41,933 bases of DNA, taken from assembly GCA_021432655.1 (NCBI GenBank), contig MU271582.1, forward strand, positions 1-41,933, written 5' to 3'. Source of the stretch: Atractiella rhizophila. Taxonomy: Eukaryota. A model generated the notes under the pieces. It saw only the letters and a program-made list of their open reading frames with translations. It made no database searches and was not told the DNA's origin. This document shows positions 12,301-22,199 of the stretch, one piece after another. How positions within the stretch are numbered: position 1 is the stretch's first letter; every line of letters begins with the position of its first letter. The position numbers were made by a program, and so were the translations under genes.

Positions 12301-12779
12301 AGGAATGAGGAGGGAGCGCACCACCAGGCTCCTCCTCCAACGGCAATACTTCTGCAATAAACTGGAATTCAGATACGTCCGGTTGAGACTCCCAACAACG
12401 ACCAAGCTTTCTAGATTGCAGAAGAATCTCCAACGGCAAGGAATTCTCGGGGGGTCTAACTTTGTGATCAACACTGGGGTCGTCCCAAGGAAAATTGATA
12501 GATCGGATAGAGTCTTCAATTTCGGCCAGATCCGTCTCTTCCAAACGAAGTGGCGTCTTGAATTTCCAAATCCTAACTCTACGACATCCTCCATCCTGTT
12601 CAAGCCGCTTAAAAGTCGGTTGTTTGACTTCCAGAATGCTGTACATTTCATCTTGCAGATCGTCAACAACGGATAACTCGTTCACAGACAAGGCGACGCG
12701 AGATGGAGGGATATAAAAAATCAGGCTTTCCAACAGCGACGTAGAAAAGAACTAGACGACGTTGAATCTGCTCCATCAT
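10390..12779 (-). pseudogene. Crinkler-like effector gene copy A: N-terminal header, REase-like domain and Ser/Thr kinase
   Basis: ATG at 12779 (MMEQIQRRLVLFYVAVG), header motifs VRIWKF and FQFIAEVLP, middle domain RFIVEVQS..DQARMLLEG, kinase HLDLKPEN, IIDFG, WVAPE, DLWATG. Lesions: frameshift in a T run near 12715, CAA>TAA at 12233-12235, a 12-nt deletion in the PRSx motif and a frameshift at ~10585. Confidence 0.8.
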
Positions 12780-12836
12780 GATCAGGTCTGGCTCGTTCTA
12801 GCGGAGAAATGTGAATGATGAGTGAGGTGATCTAGT

Positions 12837-13053
12837 TGTTGGAACGAGCCGGATCTGGATCCACAGCGCACACGAAGATGGTGGTCAAAACGCTGTCTAC
12901 AATGCAAAGAACACTACATACCTGGATCCACAGCGTACACGAAGATGGTGGTCAAAACGCTGTGGATCCAGAAGGCAAGACCCTAACCCTAACCGCAACT
13001 TGTAGAAGCACCAAAAGCATGCTGAGTGCCTAATGAGAGCCATATCTCTCACA
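12837..13053 (-). repeat. 3' LTR (217 bp)
   Basis: TGTTGG...CTCTCACA. Matches 19298-19447 plus 67 extra bp. Confidence 0.93.
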
Positions 13054-13068
13054 CCCCCCCTCACTCAG
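13054..13068 (-). promoter_or_regulatory. Polypurine tract
   Basis: The minus strand reads GAGTGAGGGGGGG immediately before the TG of the 3' LTR. Confidence 0.88.
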
Positions 13069-13317
13069 CAGCCGAGGAAAGAAGGAAAGAGAACCGAAGA
13101 GAGAAAGAAAGAGAGAAGGATGAACGGAACCAAGAGAAAAGGAAGGAGAGTGTGAAATTATAGCATCAAAAGAAATCAACACAGATAAATGAACAAATAG
13201 GGAAAGATTGTCGAATACCAATACCGAAATCAGTAACCCCAAGATGAAGTCCTTTCAACGAAAATCGAGACCATAAACATCCTATATCAGCCCGGTAAAG
13301 GAATACGATGCCTCCCC

Positions 13318-16300
13318 CTAATTCTCCAGCAGACCAAGCATCGAGCATAGCTTCCAGTGCTGGACACTACCTATACCCTTCGTGAGAACGTCTGCTGCCA
13401 TTTGTACCGTCGGTATCCATGTTAGTATTATCTCACCCGATTCGACCCTCTCTCTTGTAAAATGATAGTGCACCTCAACATGTTTCGTGCGGCCATGGTT
13501 TGCAGGATGCTTCGCTAAGGTAAGTGCACCCTGATTATCCCCTTTTATCGTCGTCGGTCCCTGCTGAGGAAAACCCAGTTCCGACAATAGTCCCCTCAAC
13601 CACATCACCTCCCTAGCTGCACTTGAGAGCGCGATGTATTCTGCCTCCATCGAAGAGATGGCTACGGTGGGCTGCATCTTTGATATCCAAGATACCGCCA
13701 ATCTGCCTAGTCGAAATACTACGCCAGAGACTGAGCGACGTGTATCTACATCTGCTGCATGGTCAGAATCCGAAAATCCTTCTACCTTGGTGGAACCTGT
13801 GTCATCCCATGTGAGTTTAAAGTCAAGAGTGCCAATAAGATATCTAAAAATCCTCTGAACGCTCGCCCAATGCCTCCTGCCAGGATCAGCACTGTATCGG
13901 GCCGCCCTGTTGACCGCGAATAAGATATCCGGGCGCGTGTTCACAGCAGCGTATATTAGAGCACCTATCGCCTCTCTGTAAGGTATTCTCTTCATGTACT
14001 CACGTTCCTCCTCCGTTTGCGGCGCCCAGGCTTTCAAAACTTTCTCGTTTATGTCGCAGGGAGTGTTCACTGAGTTCGCATCCGACATACCAAAACGTTC
14101 CAAACATTTTCGGACGTAGTCCCGCTGATCCAAAGTGATACGCCCAGAACTCCTATCCCAGTTAATACGCATCCCTAAGAAATTCCCAACCACTGCCGTG
14201 GTTATCTTGAACTGAGTCCGTAACAGAGCATATAGCTCGTCGATGAGATGTTGAGATGAAGCAACCACAAGTCCATTGTCGACATGGAGGCAGATGATCG
14301 TTGTATCTGCTCCCCTCCTCTTGATGTAAACTCCCCTGTCAGCATTCGTGCGCAAATAGCCATGTTGTGAGAGAAAGTTGTGTAACGTATCGTTCCAACC
14401 CTTCCCAGCTTGTCGGAGGCCATACAGCGTCTTTCGAAGCCTAAACACCTTTTCAGGTTGACTCTGGTCAACAAACCCCTGAGGCTGTTTGAGATATACT
14501 TCCTCTTCCAATGTGCCATTGAGAAAAGCGTTGGACACGTCGAACTGGCCGCCGTACCACTTATTTGTGGCAGCGAGGGATAGAGCGGACCTCACGGACA
14601 CCATCCGTACCGTAGGCACATAAGTCTCGCCAAAATCAACCCCTTCTATTTGACGATCCCCTCTGGCTACTAAGCGCGCCTTGTACTTGAGGACGTTCCC
14701 ATCTAAATCCCTCTTGATCAGCAAAACCAACCCACTTCGAGCCTATGGCTCTTTTTCCTTGCGGAAGGTCGACTAGCCTCTCCTGCCAAGTCCCCATGGC
14801 CTGAAGTGCCGCGAATTCCGCTAAGATAGCCACCCACCACTTGTCAGCATCAGGCCCTGCAAGTGCCTGTCGGAAGGAAGGTTCATCTAAGTTACCATTC
14901 CAGTGAGCGGCAGCCGCATATACTTCCCATTTCGTAATATGGGTGCCCCTAATCGCTTCATCCTCCAATGAACAAGGCGAAACGTGAAGTGTATTCTGCA
15001 TCTCGCAAGTAGCTATCGCCGGTAGGTAATCCTTTGGCCGAAAGTCCGCTCTGATCGTAAAGGCATTTACCCGAGATGTCGAATCGGTATCATCTGTCCC
15101 TGTGGAGATAGGCGGGGAGGTAGTCAGAATTGGTTGCGGACGGCCACTGTCTAAAGCCTTGTAGTCAATACGAGGGAGGTTTCGACGTGACCGGTTATGT
15201 CGTGGATACGGGTGAGGCGAATGGTCTGGTATCCTCTTCCTCCGCTGGCGCGTAGGAGGAATAGCAGGAACATCAGGAGGATCAGCTACATCACCTTGAG
15301 AAACGAGGGTCACCTCCCCCTTTTGAACCCTTGGTCCATCATCTATCAGCATTTCTCCACTCCCAGTCAGATGCCGCTCCACAGCTGGTGGCGTTGTCGG
15401 TGGGATTATGGCTTCAGGACCTGGAACTCGAACAGAAACATCATCAGCTAACATATCGAAATCTGAGGGCATGAATTCGTGTAGAGACCATTTGGCCAGT
15501 TTCTCGATGTCCCCCATCGGCCTATCCTTGTAAAACTGGTCCTCAAACCACATAACCTCCTTGGCCTGAACGAAACGCCGTGATTGAGGAACCCAGAACA
15601 ACCATCCCTTCGCACCCTCCAAATACCCAACAAAATATCCCATCAATCCCCTCGCATGTAGTTTCGACGTCTGCTTCTCCTTCGGAATGTTGATAACGCC
15701 TAGGCATCCGAACGTGCGTAGATGAGAAACATCCGGACGATCCCCATCCCATGCACCAATTGGTACCTTCCAAGACCCATGCGAGTATGTAGGCATTCGA
15801 TTGAGTGTGTAAACCGCGAATTGAACCGCTTTCTCCCAGAACGATAGCGGAAGTCCCGACTCGAAAAGAATAGTTCTAGAAATATTAAAAAGGGTGTACC
15901 ATCTCCTCTCAATAAAACCCATCTGATTGTGAATGTAAGGAATAGAAGTTTCGTGTGAAATACCTCGGTTTTGAATAAATGCTTTGAAATAAACAGATTG
16001 AAACTCACCACCGTTATCGCTTCGAAGTACCTTCACTTTGATGCCATAGCGCCGCTCAACCCCCAAAATCCAATTCCGTAGGACCAACGCAGCATCACCC
16101 TTGCTGCGAAGGGGAATCCACCATAACCTAGCGGAGGATTCCTCAACAATTCCAAGACCATAACGCTCACTGGTATGCATCGCCCCAACTGGGGCAGGTC
16201 CCCAAAGATCACAATCGGTTCGTTCGCCTTTGGCATACGAATTCGACGTAGTAATCACTCGATTTGGACGAGCCTTCGACTTCCCAGCGGCACAAGATAT

Positions 16301-19164
16301 GCATGGGTCCAACTTTGTTGAATTGCAGTCAAAGCCCGTCACCCACTTCACAGTACACAGCTCATGCCATCTCTTAGAACCTATATGGCCGAAACGCGCG
16401 TGCCAGGTCTTAGCAGTCGTAGCTACGAGTGCAGAGGCATGAGCCTTGTACTCCTTTGCAGGTAAGGAAGGGGCACTTGCCTCCAGCTCGATTTGTCGTT
16501 CTCCAAAACTGGCCATCCCAAAGTGAACACCAATTTCGCGTCGAAAAAGCAATCGATCACGAGTGTTGGTAAATCTGATGCCACACTTCATAAGATCCAG
16601 TTGGGCTATGAGCGTGACGCCGAGGCCAGGGACGTAGAGGCCAGTACCGAAATCCGCTTGATAAACTTGGCGACCGCTGACGTCTTCGAGCAGAGGGCAG
16701 ACTCCGCCAGCGTGTGTCGCAAAACCACCGCTCCCGAAAGCACCACCAACGAATACTGGAGGGTGTATAAGTCGTAGGTCTTGAAAGAGATCAGGAGAGC
16801 CAGACATGGGTACGGTTGCAGCGGAGTCCACGAAAGTCGAGATGGATATGGTATCAACACCAGGTACATCACGGTTAAAGAATCGGTGAGCACCGTCGGG
16901 AATTTTAGCGTCGTAATCGGTAAAAGGAGGAGCTGGAGGAGTCGATCGAGGGTTGGAATCATTTCCGAAAGAAAAGGAAGAAGGAGAAGAAGCAGCAGCG
17001 ACATTAGCCGCAACATCAACGGGAAGGCGCTTGTCAACAACGCAAGCAGGCGAGTCCAAAGAAGAAAGCAAGAAAGTGGGCAATTTGTACGAATCAAAAG
17101 TTTGTCGATAAAGAGAAGTATTGTGAAAGTTCGTAGGCATGGAACGTAATTTATAAGAAGAATCAACGGAAAATGCAGAAGACGTAGAACTGGCAGAACA
17201 AACGGAAGGAGAAACAAAGAAAGCAGAATGGCGGGAAGTGGCGGGAGACGGGGTCCGGGTCGGTTCAGTTTGCTGATCTTGAAGGAATTCGAACGCGATG
17301 TACTGTTCGTCAGTGTACGTCGCAAGGGTCTCTTCGAGAGAAGCTTTCCCATCTTGAGCATACACCGCCCGGGATAGGAAGTGAGGAGTCGAATCCGGAA
17401 CTGGTTCATCAAAGGTATAACCTGGGATGTATAAGGGGTGGTGGATGTGAGATCGCTCGATGGAACGGATGGGAACATCCCATCGACATTGCTCATAGGC
17501 AGCCTGAATGTAAGATGGCCAATACGCATTATCCCCTTCGAAAATTGGGTAGCCATCCATATCCCCATCGTATCTTCCATCTGGTCCAGGATTGATAGGA
17601 TCCCTGGAGGATGGGGGATGTCTAGTGCTGGTAAGGAAAACAGAAGCCGTGGTATCGGACGCGACACCAGCAACGAGTCTCTGATTCGGGGTACTGAAAT
17701 AAAACGGCGCCACATTCGTCCTAATCGTGATGCCCATCTGCCTGAAAGCAGCTACCCTCGCCTCTTCTCGTGCCTTCGGCGTAGTCGGAACCGGGCATGC
17801 TCGAGACAAGTGTCCCATCCGCAGGCAATAAATGCATTGGTCAGGCGCGACCACAAAGTGTCCCGAGGGGGAAATGGTACCAGGCCAATTTTTGACATTG
17901 TCGTAATCCCATGCCCGTGATCCAAAAGTGTCGCGATCAGGGTTAGAGACGACCCTGCGAGTAAAACGTGGATATCGCTCAGACACAATTCCCTTTGGAG
18001 GTCGTACACTATACGTGTCCATGGCGCGTTCACCCACCGGCCTGAGGTCGTGTTGGATGATCTGGGTACGAGACCGGGACGGAGTGACCGGATCGATCCT
18101 AGGCATTGGAGGGGTTGTAGACATCTGAGGAGAAGACCTTGGAACATATGAACGATGCATCGGAGAAGGTGGAGGACGAGATCGAAAATCTTGACAGAAC
18201 CGGCCAGAGGGACGAAAACGAGGTCGGGAAGAAAATCTCTGATCGTAGCCTCGGTCCGCCACAACTAGATAAGCTCCAGTACCACCGTCGTTGTCCATCA
18301 CCGCAGAGTATACCTCTGCACTCTGAGCCCGGAGCATTCGATCCTCCATGACCCCTCTCACTTCCCGAGCACGCCCGGCATCCTTGAGCCTTTCAAAGCA
18401 TTCATTGAGGTTGTCCCTGGTGACCTTGTTCGGGTCCAGAGCAATATCACGCCACGTCAACTCGAGAGAGTTGACAAAAATTATAAAACGAACAGGTTCG
18501 GAGAGCGCGTACTGAGACCCGGAAGACAATAGATCGGCGTAACGGCTGTTCCAAAGGGAAATGTATCCAGCGATGTCAAGGGACGGATCCATGGATTGAC
18601 GAAGATCACAAAAATCGGCCCAAGCAGAATGAGACAAAATGGACTGGGCTTCACCGTAGAGAGACCTCAACTTCGCCACGATTTCAGACGCAATTTCCAT
18701 GTCCACAGGGATTTCGTTCAGTTCGTGTCGCTTGAGGTTCGCACGCAACACCGCAACTGCATTTGCATTCCCAGCATCCCACTGCGTAATATTCACCTCC
18801 CATGCCCTTTTTGCTGATTCAGACGCACCACTCCAGGATATACCGGTTTCGTGCGAGTATATCTGTCCTCCGGCATCCGGTCCAGACAAAAACGATACAC
18901 CATCAACCTTTTTAAACCCAGAACTATCGCCCTCCACCAAGCATCGAAACCGGCTAACACTTGGGGAACGCTGTCGATGATGAAATTTCCATTTCCTCCA
19001 CCAACCGGGTAATGGGGTACATCCATGGAGTAGGGAGTCGAGAATAACGGTTCAGTGACGGAGGGGGAGGGCTGTCGTGTAATTGTGTCCGGAATATGCA
19101 AGAAGGGTTGGTGCGGGGGAGGGTCTCGGTCATCAAGTGGGGTGGGTAGTCGATTGTTGGACAT
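13318..19164 (-). pseudogene. Copia gag-pol polyprotein with two frameshifts
   Basis: Probable ATG at 19164 (FDAWWRAI gag start) with a frameshift near 18840. Zinc knuckle CIYCLRMGHLSRAC, protease FVDSAAT, integrase WHARFGH..CISC, DLWGP, SDNGGEF. Second frameshift at ~14730. RT motifs KARLVARG, DVSNAFLNG, LYGLRQ, HVDN, and RNase H FSDSDHA. Confidence 0.95.
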
Positions 19165-19280
19165 AGACAGTACGAAGATGTAAAATTGATATGACTGATG
19201 GAATTTCTGATAAAACTGATTGGACTGATGTGACTAATAAGGCTGATGGAGGAGCGTTGACACTTGTGGATGTTGAATTA

Positions 19281-19297
19281 CCAGGCTCTCGCTACCA
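19281..19297 (-). promoter_or_regulatory. Primer-binding site, initiator-Met-tRNA-like
   Basis: The minus strand reads TGGTAGCGAGAGCCTGG directly after the CA of the 5' LTR, resembling the TGGTA(T/G)CAGAGC of copia iMet PBSs. Confidence 0.8.
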
Positions 19298-19447
19298 TGT
19301 TGAAACGAGCCGGATCTGGATCCACAGCGTACACGAAGATGGTGGTCAAAACGCTGTGGATCCAGAAGGCAAGACCCTAACCCTAACCGCAACTTGTAGA
19401 AGCACCGAAAGCATGCTGAGTGCCTAATGAGAGCCATATCTCTCACA
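19298..19447 (-). repeat. 5' LTR (150 bp)
   Basis: TGTTGAAACGAGCC...CTCTCACA, near-identical to the 3' LTR. Confidence 0.93.
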
Positions 19448-19819
19448 CAAGTCACCCGACAGCACGGCAGCATCCGAACCACTCCTCGAAGTGGCACCCG
19501 AGCCACATTGCCACGAAACCAACACCAAGACAGTCATCTCGCGAGGCGGCACACCCAAGCCACTTTGCAACGAAACTAATACCAACACATCCCATCCGAC
19601 AAAACGACATGCGAACCAACACCCACACCACATCCCACAGCGCTCGCGAGGTGACATGCGAACCAGCGTCTGAAAAGGAATGTGTCAGTCTCTGAAGCAA
19701 AAAACAACAAAATAAAAGAGATAGGTATGTGGAAACTTGAATTGTAATTGCACCTCCGACATCAGTACACAAAGTGTTTTCCAGTTAAGTCACATTGTAA
19801 CGCATGTAATGTTGTTATT

Positions 19820-20340
19820 GGACTGTATAACACGTAATAATGATGGGTGAATGTAAAAAAAAGCGGAGCAAAAAGATGCACCTTCAAATATCAAAAATAC
19901 AATTCGCCATTACTTCACCATTATCCATCACATTTCAGGCGTGAGTAGGGCCAACGCAAGGGCTGATAGCCGGCTACAACGACGTATAATCCTTAATAAG
20001 AATGAATGAATATTTAAAAAAAGCGGAGTCAAAATACACACCTCATATAAATCAAAAATTGCAATTCCCCATTTCTTCGCCATTATCCATCGCATTTCGG
20101 GCGCGAGTCGCGCGAATGGGAGCACCGAAAGCTAGCTACAACGACGTATAATTCTTAATAAGAATGAGTGAATATTAAAAAAAGCGGAGTTCAATACGCA
20201 CCTCATATATATCAAAATCGCAATTCCTCATTGCTTCGCCATTATCCATCGTATTTCAGACGTGAGTAGCGCGAATGAGACGCCTGATATGTAGCTTCAA
20301 CGACGTATAATTCTTAATAAGAATGAGCGAATATTAAAAA
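19820..20340. repeat. AT-rich ~160-bp tandem repeat, about 3.2 diverged units
   Basis: The anchor CGACGTATAAT(C/T)CTTAATAAGAATGA occurs at 19980, 20142 and 20301. AAAAAAGCGGAG and CCATTATCCATC recur in register. Confidence 0.9.
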
Positions 20341-20849
20341 CTCTTCCCGAGGACGCGGCAGGCCCTCCAAGATTTTAGCCAGGTGACGAAGGGCGGGATG
20401 CTGTTTGAGAGAGAGTCTGGCTAAGAAGTTCATCATGAAGGAGATCGTCAACCATCCTCTCCATTGAGAACCGCGAATCATCAATGGAACCCATGGAGGA
20501 ACGCGAACCATTTGAGCGGAAAGAGAAGTATGAGGAGTTGCCTTCCTCTTCGACATCGCGACGCTCGAACTGTGGTAGGGATAGGGAGTTTCTCTCCTTC
20601 GATGGATCAACTTCAGAAGGCGGATGGTCGATGGATGAGGCGAGACGAATGGGGGAATGACGGGAGAAGGGGAGGGAGAGACACCTGGTTCTGAAGGAGG
20701 CGGATCTTTTTCCCTAGGAGGCTGCAGCCGAAGGGACGCGATGGATTTCTTTTCTTGCACGATTGCTCCGAAGCGAATGAACTTACACATATGTGCGAGG
20801 AAAGTGAATGCGAGCAGTTCCGACAAGTCCTAGCGCGATTGCAAGATGC

Positions 20850-21615
20850 TACGAAGCAAACTGTGTCCCAAACGTTCGAAATAACCACGAATGCAAAGTG
20901 CCGCGAAGCGACCACGGTTGTAAGTAATGGCGAAGCGAACTGGGCTTGAGAGTTCGCGAAGCGAACATGATTGCAAACTGTCGCCACACGAAAATGTTAG
21001 CAAGCAGTCGCGACGCGAACACGATCGCGAGCAGTCGCGAACCGAAGGAGATGGTGGGCGGTTGCGAGCCGAACGCGATCGTGAGCAGTCGCGAAATCCT
21101 TTGCAACCTCTCGCGAGGAGAGCATTTGGCTAAGCTGCTATGAAAGGTTGGGTTTCGCGAAGTGAACAAGATTGCAGGTCTTGCGAAACGACGCTTCTTG
21201 CCAGCTGTCGTCGCGCGAACACGATTGTGAGCAGTCGCGAAGGGAAAACATTCGCAAGCTCTCACGAGGAGACTCGAAACATTTGGGCAAGTTGCCACGA
21301 AGGGTTAGGTCTCGCGAACACGATCCCAAGCAGTTGCGAAGAGAACACGACTGCGAACAGCCGCGAAGCGAACACGAATCTCAGCAGTCGCAAAGCGAAA
21401 TCGTTTGCAAACTCTCGCGAGGACATTGGGCAAGCTGCCACGAAGGGTTGGATCGCGAGAAACGAACTTAAGTACACGTTCTTGCGAGACGAGAACGGTT
21501 GCAAGGTCTCTCTCAAGCGAAGCGAACATGATTGCAACCTCTCGCGAAGCGAAAACGTTTGCATGCTTCGCGAGGAGAGCACTTAAGCAAGCTGCCACGA
21601 AGCGAACACTATTGT
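20850..21615. repeat. Degenerate ~27-bp CpG-rich minisatellite, copy B (longer than copy A)
   Basis: Same CGCGAAGCGAAC units, with extra units at ~21450-21615. Confidence 0.85.
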
Positions 21616-22199
21616 GGCCTGCTGAAGGAATATGCAATGCAAAACGAAACACCACACGAGGAAAGCTCGCACGAGCATTTGCTTTGGCTCGGGAATGCAT
21701 ACTTTTCGTTGTGTGGGGTTACTGTAAAGCCATCTCTGCCAATCGAACCTACTCATCATTCATCCAACACTTCGCGAATTGACAATCAATCGCGACCTCA
21801 GATTCTAACTACCTCGCCACATGCAAAATAAGCGGCAATCTGAACTCACTCGGGACCTAACTACTTTGTGAAGCCCGCCCCATCGACCCTTTAATATACC
21901 GGCGTTGTGGTTGAAGCAGAGCATAGGCACTAGTTGATGACATAACATGAAACATTTCATGCAATGTGACTGATTTGGCCGGACTAGTGTCAGCTGAAGC
22001 TGGAAAAGCTCAAAGGCACTGAGAAGAGAAATAAAAGTATACCAATGATAAACATCTGACCCGATAGGGCTCATCGCTAAACCCGCCACTCTTTTGCAAA
22101 TCAGACAACTTCAGGGACGACTCGACATTTCAGAAAACTTCCCATCGGGCTGGCGCCTGCTGGGTGTAGTCTTTTCTGCTGGAAGCGTAGATTAATTTC

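Larger units (their letters stand above)
12837..19447 (-). mobile_element. Full-length Ty1/copia LTR retrotransposon, inactivated
   Basis: Two TG..CA LTRs, a PBS, a PPT, gag-PR-IN-RT-RH order, and flanking 5-mers CTAGT (12832-12836) and CAAGT (19448-19452) as a probable TSD with one mismatch. Confidence 0.97.

Noticed and set aside
14636..14740. Programmed ribosomal frameshift between the two copia ORFs
   Set aside because: The break falls inside the conserved RT start (KWV) and is explained by a 4-bp duplication. It is not at a gag/pol boundary.
15197..18980. Plus-strand and alternate-frame ORFs within the copia element (for example 16606-17715)
   Set aside because: These are shadow frames of the long gag-pol ORF with no independent motifs.
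19490..19660. Short imperfect repeats (GCCAC(A/T)TTGC(C/A)ACGAAAC) right of the 5' LTR as part of the retroelement
   Set aside because: They lie outside the LTR and TSD, there are only about two degenerate copies, and no function can be supported.
9270..21615. CRISPR-like or protein-coding interpretation of the CGCGAAGCGAAC arrays and the many ORFs overlapping them
   Set aside because: The context is eukaryotic, the units are degenerate with no unique spacers, and no cas genes are present. The ORFs on both strands arise from the 27-bp periodicity and lack convincing starts.
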